Shown here: piece by piece, positions 11,142-21,340 of the stretch
How positions within the stretch are numbered: position 1 is the first letter of the stretch
How the letters are laid out: the number at the start of each line of letters is the position of its first letter
NCBI GenBank assembly: GCA_963769935.1
Contig: CAVYNY010000020.1
Span: 288,001 to 352,000, forward strand
Source of the DNA: an uncultured delta proteobacterium
GTDB taxonomy: Bacteria; Desulfobacterota; Desulfobacteria; Desulfobacterales; JAFDCJ01
Length of the DNA stretch: 64,000 nt
Reading direction: 5' to 3'
Notes under the pieces: model-generated
Databases searched by the model: none
What the model saw: the letters and a program-made list of their open reading frames with translations, nothing else
What the model was told of the DNA's origin: nothing
Program-made: the position numbers and the translations under genes

Positions 11142-11314
11142 AAAGAGCAATATTTCGCTTGCTATACGCTTGAAAAAAGATTATGTTCGACCCAATCAAT
11201 TAAGTTCCGCCTTGTAAACTCGGGACGGTTTCTTTCTGAAGGATCAATCCATTTGTCTAAGTAGCATCCTCCAGTTTGCAACGTTGAAATTTTTTAAGAA
11301 AGGAGAATGTTATT

Positions 11315-11515
11315 ATGACTAATGGAACTGTGAAGTGGTTTAGTGACCGCAAAGGTTTCGGATTCATTGAACGCGAAGACGGGCCGGATGTGTTCGTTCA
11401 TCACTCAGCAATCAACGCGACCGGTTTTAAATCCCTCAATGAGGGCGACCAGGTTTCTTTTGACATCGTGCAGGGACAAAAAGGTCCTGCCGCTGCAAAT
11501 GTCTCGGTGATTTAA
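11315..11515 (+). CDS. Cold-shock protein
   Basis: [27 protein letters not shown]. Confidence 0.97.
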   Translation: MTNGTVKWFSDRKGFGFIEREDGPDVFVHHSAINATGFKSLNEGDQVSFDIVQGQKGPAAANVSVI

Positions 11516-11531
11516 CCTTCGAATCCAAGTA

Positions 11532-11574
11532 AAAAGGGCATTCTTCCATTAGAGGGGGGATGCCCTTTTCTTTT
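11532..11574 (+). terminator. Rho-independent terminator after the cold-shock gene
   Basis: AAAAGGGCAT...ATGCCCTTTT hairpin followed by a T tract. Confidence 0.75.
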
Positions 11575-11611
11575 GATCAGTATCAAGAATAACGGCCTTT
11601 GAGGTGACAAT

Positions 11612-11770
11612 ATGGCGAAACAGAACTATTCAGGCAATAAGCGTAAGAAAGAATTGGCAAGGAAGCAAAAACAAGAGCAAAAAAGACAACGCAAATTAGA
11701 TAAGGATTCAGTAAAGCCGGAAGAGGCGTTAACAAAGTCTCAGGATAAGGACAAAAATCCGCTGATATAA
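11612..11770 (+). CDS. Small basic protein (52 aa), not in the ORF track
   Basis: RBS GAGGTG. MAKQNYSGNKRKKELARKQKQEQKRQRKLDK...LI*. Confidence 0.7.
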   Translation: MAKQNYSGNKRKKELARKQKQEQKRQRKLDKDSVKPEEALTKSQDKDKNPLI

Positions 11771-12125
11771 GAACGTGAATTTACTTTTGCCCTATCCATA
11801 GGGGAGATGATGTTTCATGCTTTACTGGAAAGGCTTGTTGCCAATCTGATCCGGCGTCATTAATCTCTTGGCAAATCAAGAAACCTGTCATATTACCACT
11901 CCTTTAATCCTGAGACCGGCAGAACCTTGCAATAGACGCCAAAGAGGACCGGCGTGAGCCGGCCGTCGCCGTTTAAATTTAAAACATTATAACATGCCGA
12001 ATATACGTATTATTTTGTTTATGTACCGGCATGAAGTCCGCAATATGTTTCATTTTTAAACCGCCTTGTCGCCTTCCGTGCCGGCAATATCATACAACCT
12101 ATTGTTTTTTTTACCTAAATAGCAT

Positions 12126-12141
12126 TGGCATTTTTTTTGCT
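12126..12141 (+). promoter_or_regulatory. Sigma-54 -24/-12 promoter of the tauE operon
   Basis: TGGCATTTTTTTTGCT with exact GG-N10-GC spacing, about 40 bp upstream of the ATG. Confidence 0.75.
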
Positions 12142-12182
12142 TTGAGGAAAAATGATAAAAATCCTCAAACATTGGAGTGACT

Positions 12183-13112
12183 ATGCCTTGGTACATCTAT
12201 CTTCCGATTGCGCAGCACAGTGTCGCCCTGCCGGTGGTGGTCGGGCTTGGTTTTGTGGTAGGTCTGCTGTCCGGCCTTTTCGGTGTCGGCGGCGGTTTTC
12301 TGATGACCCCCCTGCTTATTATGATCGGCATTCCGCCGACTGTCGCCGCGGCCTCTGATTCAAACCAGATTGTGGCAGCTTCAGCTTCCGGCACCTATGC
12401 GCACTACCGGCTGGGCAACGTTGATTTCAAGATGGGGATCTACTTGCTGATCGGCGGTGTTATCGGCGGAACCGGAGGCGTTCAGATCATCCGGGTTCTG
12501 CGCCAGATGGGCAATGCCGATTTTTTAATCAATATCACCTATGTGATTATGTTGGGTTTCGTGGGCGGCTACATGTTCCTTGAAAGCCTTCAGGGGCTGC
12601 GGGCCGGAAAATCCATGGGTGGACCGGTCCCGCAAAACCGGAGTTCCGCTTATTCGCGGTTTATCCAATCACTGCCTTATCAGACCCGCTTTGATAAATC
12701 CGGCATCGTGTTGTCGCCTGTCGTCCCCTTGCTTTTGGGAGGTTTGGTTGGTATTCTGGCTGCCATCATGGGGGTTGGCGGCGGATTTATCATGGTTCCG
12801 GTCATGGTTTATCTGCTGCGGATGCCGATGCATGTGGTGGTGGGCACGAGCCTTTTTCAGGTCCTGTTCACATGTATCGACGTCACCATCATGCAGGCCT
12901 ATTCAAACCGAACCGTCGATTTCGTTCTGGCGCTGCTCCTGCTGATTGGATCGACTTTCGGCGCCCAGATCGGTGCGCGTCTGAGCACCAGGCTCAAAGA
13001 AGACCAGTTGAAGATATTTCTGGCGGTTCTGGTGCTGGCCGTGATGGTTAAAATGCTGTTCAGCCTTATCCTTCCACCCCATAACCTGTTATCCTACCAC
13101 GGAGGCCACTGA
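12183..13112 (+). CDS. Sulfite exporter TauE/SafE family protein
   Basis: Two GLFGVGGGF/AIMGVGGGF repeats, VVGTSLFQ, multiple TM segments. Confidence 0.92.
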   Translation: MPWYIYLPIAQHSVALPVVVGLGFVVGLLSGLFGVGGGFLMTPLLIMIGIPPTVAAASDSNQIVAASASGTYAHYRLGNVDFKMGIYLLIGGVIGGTGGVQIIRVLRQMGNADFLINITYVIMLGFVGGYMFLESLQGLRAGKSMGGPVPQNRSSAYSRFIQSLPYQTRFDKSGIVLSPVVPLLLGGLVGILAAIMGVGGGFIMVPVMVYLLRMPMHVVVGTSLFQVLFTCIDVTIMQAYSNRTVDFVLALLLLIGSTFGAQIGARLSTRLKEDQLKIFLAVLVLAVMVKMLFSLILPPHNLLSYHGGH

Positions 13113-13116
13113 TTTC

Positions 13117-13881
13117 ATGCGACACAGACTTTTTATGCTGCTTTTGGTTTGTTCCGGTTTCATGGCTTTGCTGGCGGAAACAGCCTGGACCGCGGACTCG
13201 AATGAATTGACAATCCAACCCGAGGTTTTGAATATTGGCACTTTTTATTCATCCGGCCAAGTCACGATATCCGGTGAAGTGGCCGGTGGGCAGGATGTCA
13301 TGGTCGAAATTGTCGGACCGACCTCCAACGGACAATTTGATCTCAAAGGGCGGGTGGGACCCTTCTGGATGACGCGCGGCAAGGCCGAGATGGACGGCGC
13401 GCCGGCCATGTATGTACTTTTATTGCCCGGCGGCCAAGACTGGCCTGGGAAAGCCTCGGCTCTGGGTTTGGGCCTTGATAAGCTGAGGAACAAGATTTCA
13501 ATCCAATCCGCGGTGCTGCCGCCGGACGAACTCTTCAACATGTTCATTGAACTGAAAAAAAACGAAGGGCTTTATGCCGAGCAGGACAACGCCGTTGCCT
13601 ATGCTCCCGCCGATGACGGGCGCATACGGTTTACGGCAATCTACCGTTTTCCCCGCTCCACGGTGACCGGAAAATACCAAATCAAAGCAACCGCAGTAGC
13701 AAACGGTGCAAAAGTCATGGAGCTATCGCACGGCTTTCTTGTCAATCAGGTCGGATTTACCCGGCTGGTCTATGATCTGGCCACGAATCAGCGGTTGACA
13801 TACGGTATTTTGGCCGTCGTCATCGCGCTGTTCACCGGCGCCGTAATGGGCTTGCTTTTTAAAAGCAGAGGTGGTCATTGA
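13117..13881 (+). CDS. TIGR02186 family membrane-anchored protein
   Basis: KGRVGPFWM motif, signal peptide, C-terminal TM (YGILAVVIAL). Typical partner of TauE. Confidence 0.8.
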   Translation: MRHRLFMLLLVCSGFMALLAETAWTADSNELTIQPEVLNIGTFYSSGQVTISGEVAGGQDVMVEIVGPTSNGQFDLKGRVGPFWMTRGKAEMDGAPAMYVLLLPGGQDWPGKASALGLGLDKLRNKISIQSAVLPPDELFNMFIELKKNEGLYAEQDNAVAYAPADDGRIRFTAIYRFPRSTVTGKYQIKATAVANGAKVMELSHGFLVNQVGFTRLVYDLATNQRLTYGILAVVIALFTGAVMGLLFKSRGGH

Positions 13882-16463
13882 TGGTCTGGACAGGCAACAT
13901 AGCCAGATTCCTCAGGATCGGAGGCCGGCAGCGCAAGTCTGCGTCGCTGCCCTTTAACGATTTGTTTGTCCGTTTTCACCAGATCCTGGAGGAAAATACA
14001 AAGGCCCTGGAAATCATAACGGAAATGGAAGACAAGCTGGGCGGGGAATATGTCTTTGATCGCAAATTCTTGGAAGATACGGTACAGGACATCAAAGCGG
14101 TGATCCTGCGCAGTGCTTATCACTTCAACACGATAACCAACAACAGATATTCGGATATCTACCTGGTTGTCGAGTCTCTGACCCAGCAATTGCAGCAGGA
14201 ACTAAGCGGCCGGCTTGTATTCCCACACGGGCAAAATGTCGTCGCCCTGACCAATATCAATGACACCCTGGCCGACGCAGCGGGCAACAAGGCCTATAAG
14301 CTTTCCAAGATTATCCAATTGCCCCAAACCGCGGTTCCGCCGGGAATAGTCGTCACGGTTATGGGGTTTCGCAACTATCTGGCGTACAACAACCTGTTTG
14401 ACGAGATAACACGTCTGCTGGCCTCCTGCCGGCGAGGGGGACGCGAACTGGAGCCGATTTCCCAAAAAATCCGTCTGCTGATTCTAGGGGGCGAAATTCC
14501 TCCCGATCTGCGCCAGGAAATACTGAAGGCCGTTGTGCTGATCCGGCCCGACCGTCCGGAGTCCGGTCTTTATTCCGTTCGCAGCAGTGCGGTGGGGGAA
14601 GACGGCCAACTGAGTTTTGCCGGTTTGCACGATACATTACTAAACGTTGCTTTTCGCGATTTGCTGTCGGGTTACAAAAAGGTCCTGGCGAGTTTGTATA
14701 ATCCGGCTGCGCTTGAATACAGGATCAGTCGCCAGATCCCCTTCTCGGATATGGCCATGGCCGTGCTGTATCAGGAGATGGTGCCCGGCCGCGTGAGCGG
14801 TGTGACCTATAGCATTGATCCGAATGCGCCGCATGAGAACGTTTGTTTGGTTACGGCAATCCGGGGATTGGGCACAGGGGTGGTGGAGGGCAGCGCCGCG
14901 GCTGAGACCTTTCGACTCGCCCGCGATCCGCCCTATCCGATCTTATCGTCCCGCATCGGCGGCCGCGAATTTTTTCCCGCGCAACAGTCCCCAACGAATG
15001 CTGCCGACAGTCCGAGCGAGGAGGCGCCCCGACCCTGCCTGACGCCTGAACAGGCGTCGTCGCTGGTAGAGACCGCCATGATTCTTGAGCGGTTTTTCAA
15101 ACATCCCCTCGACATTGAATGGAGCATCGATGAGGAGGGACGAATGTGGATTCTGCAAGCCCGGCCGCTGGGTTTGGCCCGCGTCAGCCGGCCGCGCAGC
15201 CTTGAACTAAAGAACCTTCTGCATCACTATCCCGTGGTCATCAAGGACCTGGGAACCATCGCCTACCGGGGCATCGGCGCCGGACCAGTATGGTTGGCCA
15301 GGGAAGGGGCGGATCTCGACGATTTTCCAACCGGTGCAGTTCTGGTTTCCCGCTACAGCCTGCCGGTGCTGGCGCGCGTCATTCCCCGGGCCAGCGCCGT
15401 CGTTACCGATGTGGGCAGTCCCACCGGTCATATGGCCACGGTTGCCCGGGAATTCAGGATCCCGACGATTGTGGACACCGGTTCGGCCACCGAAATTCTG
15501 AAATCCGGTCAGTTGGTGACTGTGGATGCTGAACGGAACGTGGTGTATGAGGGGCGGATCAAAGAACTTCTCCATCACCAATTGCTGGAGCGCGCCTCCT
15601 TTGAAACGACGTATGAATTCCAGCTTCTGCGTCGGATGCTCAAGCGCATTGCGCCGTTGACGCTGGTTGATCCCGAGGACTCCAACTTTACGCCGGCCGG
15701 CTGCCGGACGCTTCACGATGTGCTGCGGTTTATCCATGAAAAATCCATCAAGGCCCTGGTTCGAATCGCTGAGGACCCCCGGTCGTTGCTAAAGCACGGC
15801 GGCCGACGTCTGAAAGCAAATCTGCCGCTCAACCTAATTCTGATAGACATCGGCGGCGGATTGGAAGAAAACCTGGGCAAGACCAATTGGGTAGAGCCGC
15901 ATCACATCAAATCTGAGCCCATGCGGGCCCTTTGGGCCGGCATGGATTCACCGGATGTCTGGAATACTGATCCGATCGCAGCGGATTTCAAAGGACTGAT
16001 TTCCAGCGTGACGCGAACGCAGGCCATGGCGCATGCGGGAGATATTTTAACCGGTTTGAACCTTGCGGTTTTGAGTGCGAATTATCTGAATTTGACTTTG
16101 CGCGTAGGATACCATTTTACGGTGGTCGATGCCGGCCTTTGGCCGTCCTCTGAAAAAAACAGCATTTTTTTTCGCTTTATCGGCGGAGCAACAGACATCA
16201 CCCGGCGCTCCCGACGGGCCGTACTGCTGGGGTCCATTCTTGAGGAGGTCGGTTTCAAAGTTGACCAGAAGGGGGATCTCGTTATTGCCCGCGCAGTCAA
16301 CTGCACAGAGGAACGTACGCGTGCCCACCTTTATATCATCGGCCGGTTGATCGGCTTTTTGCGGCAGCTTGATATCCTGATGAGGGACGACGCGGCCGTT
16401 GACCATTATTTCAAACGCTTTATGGTCGATCACAGGAACGCTTTTCAGGGTGAAAATAATTAA
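13881..16463 (+). CDS. PEP/pyruvate-binding (ATP-grasp) plus PEP-utilising mobile-domain protein
   Basis: VRSSAVGED...SFAG, DIEW...ILQARPL, phospho-His motif GSPTGHMATVAREF. Confidence 0.9.
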   Translation: MVWTGNIARFLRIGGRQRKSASLPFNDLFVRFHQILEENTKALEIITEMEDKLGGEYVFDRKFLEDTVQDIKAVILRSAYHFNTITNNRYSDIYLVVESLTQQLQQELSGRLVFPHGQNVVALTNINDTLADAAGNKAYKLSKIIQLPQTAVPPGIVVTVMGFRNYLAYNNLFDEITRLLASCRRGGRELEPISQKIRLLILGGEIPPDLRQEILKAVVLIRPDRPESGLYSVRSSAVGEDGQLSFAGLHDTLLNVAFRDLLSGYKKVLASLYNPAALEYRISRQIPFSDMAMAVLYQEMVPGRVSGVTYSIDPNAPHENVCLVTAIRGLGTGVVEGSAAAETFRLARDPPYPILSSRIGGREFFPAQQSPTNAADSPSEEAPRPCLTPEQASSLVETAMILERFFKHPLDIEWSIDEEGRMWILQARPLGLARVSRPRSLELKNLLHHYPVVIKDLGTIAYRGIGAGPVWLAREGADLDDFPTGAVLVSRYSLPVLARVIPRASAVVTDVGSPTGHMATVAREFRIPTIVDTGSATEILKSGQLVTVDAERNVVYEGRIKELLHHQLLERASFETTYEFQLLRRMLKRIAPLTLVDPEDSNFTPAGCRTLHDVLRFIHEKSIKALVRIAEDPRSLLKHGGRRLKANLPLNLILIDIGGGLEENLGKTNWVEPHHIKSEPMRALWAGMDSPDVWNTDPIAADFKGLISSVTRTQAMAHAGDILTGLNLAVLSANYLNLTLRVGYHFTVVDAGLWPSSEKNSIFFRFIGGATDITRRSRRAVLLGSILEEVGFKVDQKGDLVIARAVNCTEERTRAHLYIIGRLIGFLRQLDILMRDDAAVDHYFKRFMVDHRNAFQGENN

Positions 16464-16475
16464 AGGAGTGACAAA

Positions 16476-16892
16476 ATGGCGATTAAATCAACAATATGCA
16501 TCCTTGATGACGAACCGATCGTCGGTGATCGTCTCAAACCGGAAATGGAAGATGACGGCTACGAGGTCGAAGTCTTCACCAACAGTGACAGCGCGATTAA
16601 ACGGTTGGAGGAGCGGTGTTTCGATATTTTCATCACGGATCTGAAAATGGAAGGGGTGGATGGGATGGGGTTCCTGGAAAAGGTTAAAGAATTCTGTCCC
16701 GAAAGTGAAGTGATTATCATCACGGGTTATGCCACGATTGAAACGGCCCGGGAATCCTTTGTCCGTGGGGCGTATGACTTTATTGCGAAACCGTTTCGCA
16801 TCAGCGAAATCAGGGAAGCCGTCAAAAAAGCCCGGCGCCGTGATCGCAAGAATCACACGGATGCCGGGAAAAGGAGCAATAAGCATGCTTAA
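16476..16892 (+). CDS. Single-domain response regulator
   Basis: ILDDE, TDLKM..DG, ITGY and KPF motifs. Confidence 0.93.
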   Translation: MAIKSTICILDDEPIVGDRLKPEMEDDGYEVEVFTNSDSAIKRLEERCFDIFITDLKMEGVDGMGFLEKVKEFCPESEVIIITGYATIETARESFVRGAYDFIAKPFRISEIREAVKKARRRDRKNHTDAGKRSNKHA

Positions 16893-17682
16893 TCTTCTTG
16901 TAGCTATCGATCGCAGCCTGGAAGCAAGCTTTGCCCTCAGGACGGCGTGTCTGTTCGGAACGGACCTTAATATCCAGCCGATCTATGTCTTTGATCCGCC
17001 GGGTCGCGATCTTGCGTTCGGTGCCGGATGGGCTCGTAAATCCTGGGAACGCGAAACCAGCCGTCAGGCGGAAGAAAATATCGAAGATCTTCTCCAGGCC
17101 GAACGGGGCCAGTGCCCCAACATCCATGACCCGGTGGTTCTGACCGGTGATCCCATCCAGGAGCCGGCCGAATATTTCTGGTCCGGCAATTTCGATTTGC
17201 TGGCTGTGGGCGCACCTTTCAGGGGTATGGCGCTGCTGGCCCTGTGCCGGCGCTTCAGTCATGTAGCCCGCAAAGAACACCGCACGCTGCCCCTGATGGT
17301 GGTCCGGCATCTTAAAAGTATAGAAAAAATCATCGCTCTCACCGACGGCAGTGACCTTGCGGAGAACACCCTGGGTCTGCTGCTCAAAATTAACTCCTTT
17401 ATAACCGGTAAAATTACCCTGGTGGGTACTACCGGAGCCAAAACGGGAGATTCTGCGACAGAGGCTCTGAACCTTGAGAGAGGACTGGCTATTTTGAATG
17501 AAAAGGGGATCCAGGCAACCGGCCATAGCGCCTCGGCGTTGGGGGCCGAACGCCTGACCGCCATGTTGAAATCGGCCGATCTGCTGGTTAATCCGGTTCA
17601 CCGAAAAGACCCGCTTCATTTTTCGCATGAATTGAATGAAGATGAAATTCAGGCCGTTCTGCTGTATCTGAACGGGCGTTAA
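16885..17682 (+). CDS. Universal stress protein-like (tandem USP domains)
   Basis: LLVAID.S..A..AL, GDP, FDLLAVG; second domain IIALTDGS. Confidence 0.7.
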   Translation: MLNLLVAIDRSLEASFALRTACLFGTDLNIQPIYVFDPPGRDLAFGAGWARKSWERETSRQAEENIEDLLQAERGQCPNIHDPVVLTGDPIQEPAEYFWSGNFDLLAVGAPFRGMALLALCRRFSHVARKEHRTLPLMVVRHLKSIEKIIALTDGSDLAENTLGLLLKINSFITGKITLVGTTGAKTGDSATEALNLERGLAILNEKGIQATGHSASALGAERLTAMLKSADLLVNPVHRKDPLHFSHELNEDEIQAVLLYLNGR

Positions 17683-17855
17683 CCGTCCAACATTGAAAAC
17701 CCGGTCCTCCCTCCGGGCTGTAGGCCTACGGGCAGGAAGCCGGGCCAGGTCTGAGGAGATTGGCTGTGCCGTGGATGAATGCCATGGTTTCTCTGATTGC
17801 CGGCACCACCCTTCTGAGGTGAAGTCAAAGCCCGACACTCTGGGGGGAGGATCCT

Positions 17856-19205
17856 TTACTCTACAAGACCGAATTTTTTTATTTTGCGCCACAGGGTTGA
17901 GCGGGTGATACCGAGAATGGATGCGGCCTTGTCCCGGTGGCCGTCGACGGTTTGCAGCACTTTTGCGATGTGGGCGCGTTCCATTTCTTCCAGGCTTTGC
18001 AGCCCGATGTCATAAGGTGGTTGAAAACCGCCCAGCAACGGGGGCAGGTCAGCAACCTGGATTTCGGTTCCATCGGCCAGGGCGACTGCCCGGGCAATGA
18101 TATTTTCAAGCTCCCGAATATTGCCCGGAAATTCGTATTGCGCCAAAATTTCGCGCGCTTGAACCGAAAACCCACGAACTTCTTTCTTATAAGCGCTTTT
18201 GTACTTGCGCAGGAAATGCTCGGCCAACAGCCACAGATCGCCCTTGCGTTCCACCAGCCGCGGCAGTGAAATTGTCATGACATTCAGTCGAAAAAACAAG
18301 TCCTCACGAAACAGACCTCGGCGCACCTGTTCCTTCAGGTCCCGATTGGATGCGGCCAGAATACGGATGTCCAAATGGACAGGGCGGCTGGCACCCAACC
18401 GGTAGATCTGGCCTTCCTGCAGCACACGCAGAAGCTTGACCTGCATATCGGCCGGCATATCGGCGATTTCGTCCAGCAAAACCGTGCCCCCGTCGGCCGA
18501 TTGGAGCAACCCCGTGCGAGCGACAAAGGCACCGGTGAAGGCGCCTTTTTCGTGGCCAAACAGTTCATTGGCGATCAACTCCGGTGAAAATCCGCCGCAA
18601 TTGAAGGAAACGATCGGCGCCTGGTGCCGGTGGCTGAGCAGGTGAATAACGCGGGCCGCCAGCTCTTTGCCGGTACCGCTCTCGCCCTGGATAATCACGG
18701 GGCAATCCAAGGGGGCAACCTTTTCGATCAGCCGATAGATCTGTTCCATTTCAGGGCTGGTGCCGATGATGCCGGCTTTACCGGCGCTTTGCGCCATCAA
18801 GGCTCGCAGGCTGCTGGCTTCATTGCTGATCTTGATTTTTTCGATAATCCGTGAGATCAAGTTGTCGAACTCGGTGAGCCGGATCGGTTTGGTTAAATAA
18901 TGGAAGGCGCCCGCCCGCACCGCCTCGATGGCCGAATCGATGGAAGCATATCCTGTGATCACAACCACTTCGGTATCACGGTGGCGGGCTTTGACGCGCC
19001 GCAGAATTTCCATGCCGCCCGGACCCGGCAATTTCAGATCGGTAATTACAAGGTCATAGGGTGAAGCCAGAAAGGCGTTTAGAAACGAATTGCCCTCAAA
19101 AAACAGGTCGGCGGGGTAGCCCGACTCGACCAGGTGCTCCTGGAGGCGCAGCCCGGAGATTTTTTCATCCTCGATGATGGCCAGGCGCACCGGTGGTTTA
19201 TCCAT
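17856..19205 (-). CDS. Sigma-54-dependent response regulator (NtrC family)
   Basis: Receiver domain, [21 protein letters not shown], Fis HTH. Confidence 0.96.
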   Translation of the reverse strand: MDKPPVRLAIIEDEKISGLRLQEHLVESGYPADLFFEGNSFLNAFLASPYDLVITDLKLPGPGGMEILRRVKARHRDTEVVVITGYASIDSAIEAVRAGAFHYLTKPIRLTEFDNLISRIIEKIKISNEASSLRALMAQSAGKAGIIGTSPEMEQIYRLIEKVAPLDCPVIIQGESGTGKELAARVIHLLSHRHQAPIVSFNCGGFSPELIANELFGHEKGAFTGAFVARTGLLQSADGGTVLLDEIADMPADMQVKLLRVLQEGQIYRLGASRPVHLDIRILAASNRDLKEQVRRGLFREDLFFRLNVMTISLPRLVERKGDLWLLAEHFLRKYKSAYKKEVRGFSVQAREILAQYEFPGNIRELENIIARAVALADGTEIQVADLPPLLGGFQPPYDIGLQSLEEMERAHIAKVLQTVDGHRDKAASILGITRSTLWRKIKKFGLVE

Positions 19206-20640
19206 CGATCATTTCCTCTTTGGCCGGCAACACAACGGTAAACGTACTTCCTTTCCCGGGGGTACTATCCACGGTGATTCTGCCGCCATGTTTTTTGATG
19301 ATGCCGTAGCTGACCGAAAGACCCAGTCCCGTACCCTTGCCAACCTCTTTGGTCGTGAAAAAAGGATCGAAAATGAAGGGCAGATGTTCTTCAGCAATGC
19401 CGCAGCCTGTATCACGGACATCGATAACGATCTTGCGGTGACTTTCCCTTACAGCCCGAACCAACAGTTCACCACCGGAAGGCATGGCGTGGACCGCATT
19501 TGTCAGCAAATTAATGAAAACCTGCTGCAGGGCCTGGCGGTTGCCCTTGACGACAGGCAGATCGACTGCAAGATCCACCCGCAATTTGATGTTTTTCACC
19601 GCGATTTGGTTTTCCGAGATCTGGATCGTTTCCCGCAGAAGCTGGGCGATATCCAGGTCCTCGATAATGGCCGTATTAGATCGGGAGAAGTCGAGCAGGT
19701 TTTTCACGATCCCGCTGGCCCGCACAGCCTGGGTGAGGATATCGTTCAACATGTCCAGGCGACGCTCCTCACTGATCTTGCGGCCGCCCATCAAGCTGTC
19801 GACGGTCAGAATAATATTGTTGATCGGGTTGTTCAGTTCATGGGCCACACCTGAGACGAGGGTCCCCAGGGATGCGATTTTGCGCGAATGAATGATCTGT
19901 TCCTGGCGGGCTTCGAGTTCCTCGGCCATGCGGTTGAAGGCCAGCACCAGACGATCCACTTCACTTTCGATCCGGGCCGGGTGATGAATCGGGCCGAAAT
20001 CGCCGCGACCGATATTCGTTGTCGCCTGTTCAAGCCTGGTCAATGGTTGGACGACCTTGCGATTCACCAGGACGGCCCCTGCGGTGAAGACAACCAGGAT
20101 CAGGCCCATTGAAATTACGGGCCAGCGCAATGCCCGACGGGCGGCGACATTGACTTGATGATTCCCCTCGTTCAGCAGTTCGTAGGACAGATCGACCAGG
20201 CGTTTGCCGACAGCTCTTATTTTTTCCTGAACCGCTTCGTCCGGGAGCTTCGGCAGGGGAGCTATTGCCAAGGTGTCCAGGACGTTGCCGTAGTCCTGCA
20301 AGGCTGATTCCAAATGCTCCTGGTAGTTTGAATTTTCACCAATTCCTGCATCGTCGGATAGCTTCACTACCATCTGCCGGGCGTGGCTGAACTGGTTGAG
20401 CGTTTCATCGAGATCTGCCCGATCATGGTAGAGGAGAAAATTCTTTTCGTAGCGTCGTATTTCGAGCACCGTGTTGTACAGGTCCTCGCTTTTTTCCAAA
20501 TCCAGGGTAGCCTGGTTGATGCCGTGGATCTCGAAATAGATGATTAAAAAATTGGACAGCCAGATAAGGAAGCTGATCAGCACCAGGGCCCAGAATTTTC
20601 CCCTCAGCCCCAGATTGAACCAAAACCACTTGATAGGCAA
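19198..20640 (-). CDS. HAMP sensor histidine kinase
   Basis: 2 TM, HAMP, AHELNNP H-box, NLLTNA, DTGCG, GTGLGL. Confidence 0.95.
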   Translation of the reverse strand: MPIKWFWFNLGLRGKFWALVLISFLIWLSNFLIIYFEIHGINQATLDLEKSEDLYNTVLEIRRYEKNFLLYHDRADLDETLNQFSHARQMVVKLSDDAGIGENSNYQEHLESALQDYGNVLDTLAIAPLPKLPDEAVQEKIRAVGKRLVDLSYELLNEGNHQVNVAARRALRWPVISMGLILVVFTAGAVLVNRKVVQPLTRLEQATTNIGRGDFGPIHHPARIESEVDRLVLAFNRMAEELEARQEQIIHSRKIASLGTLVSGVAHELNNPINNIILTVDSLMGGRKISEERRLDMLNDILTQAVRASGIVKNLLDFSRSNTAIIEDLDIAQLLRETIQISENQIAVKNIKLRVDLAVDLPVVKGNRQALQQVFINLLTNAVHAMPSGGELLVRAVRESHRKIVIDVRDTGCGIAEEHLPFIFDPFFTTKEVGKGTGLGLSVSYGIIKKHGGRITVDSTPGKGSTFTVVLPAKEEMIDG

Positions 20641-20799
20641 TGTATCTCTCCCCGCTAGTCTTTGCCGCGGCGCTATTCGGCAGATCCCGGCCCATGGCTC
20701 CTTAGGGCCCTTTACCTTGTGAAAATAAGAACTTGCTTCAAACGGGGGCGAGTATGTCAGGAGTGCGGCTGTGTGTCAATACCCAGATCCATTTCGACT

Positions 20800-20883
20800 T
20801 CCATGCCCAATCCGCTTTTACGACAAAACGATCCTGTCCCCTCACATAGGCGGCCTTAATATCTACGTCCTCCTGATATTCGG
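20800..20883 (-). pseudogene. Tiny remnant resembling ornithine cyclodeaminase/EutC
   Basis: Hand translation EYQEDVDIKAAYVRGQDRFVVKA resembles the VDVK.AYV.G motif of cyclodeaminases. Confidence 0.3.
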
Positions 20884-20998
20884 AGAGGGGCCCTGCAGCC
20901 CGCAGAAGCGATCACGAAAAAGACATCAACCCTTACCCGAAAAAATGTCTTGACCGGCATTCAATCGTCCGGTAAATCATTCAATGTGAAATTATGTC

Positions 20999-21015
20999 AC
21001 CTATTGTGAATAGGT
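20999..21015. promoter_or_regulatory. Palindromic operator-like site upstream of panB
   Basis: ACCTATT-GTG-AATAGGT perfect inverted repeat near a TTGACC element. Confidence 0.45.
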
Positions 21016-21340
21016 AAAATTTCAACTTCGTCTCACCTCAACCTCATGGTTGCCACTAAAGAAAAATATTACCAAACAGCATCCCTGGAGAAATTCTGCG
21101 TGTTGATGCACCGCTCGGATCCTGGGCGCCTGCCTGCTGTGCGGCTCTCGGCAAGTCGAGATTGGCCTACCTTCCCCAGGATGAGCTCGAGGCATGTTTA
21201 TAAGATGTAAAACTTGTGCCCCACAGCCCCAGAACAATTACTTTCAAGAAAAGATTTCGACAGGAGCTGATCAAGGTTCTTCAGCAGGGATACGCCTTTA
21301 ACTATAAACTGGAACTTGACTATTAAGAAAGGTTATTGCC

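Noticed and set aside
11915..11972. c-di-GMP-I riboswitch-like words (GGCAGAACC..GACGCCAAAG..AGCCGG..GCCG)
   Set aside because: The GNRA-capped P2 stem and P3 pairing could not be built; it would need an Infernal scan
16822..17892. Long antisense or alternate-frame ORFs (e.g. 288..1115, 4234..5322, 16822..17892, 59173..60024)
   Set aside because: Shadows of well-supported genes on the opposite strand in GC-rich DNA
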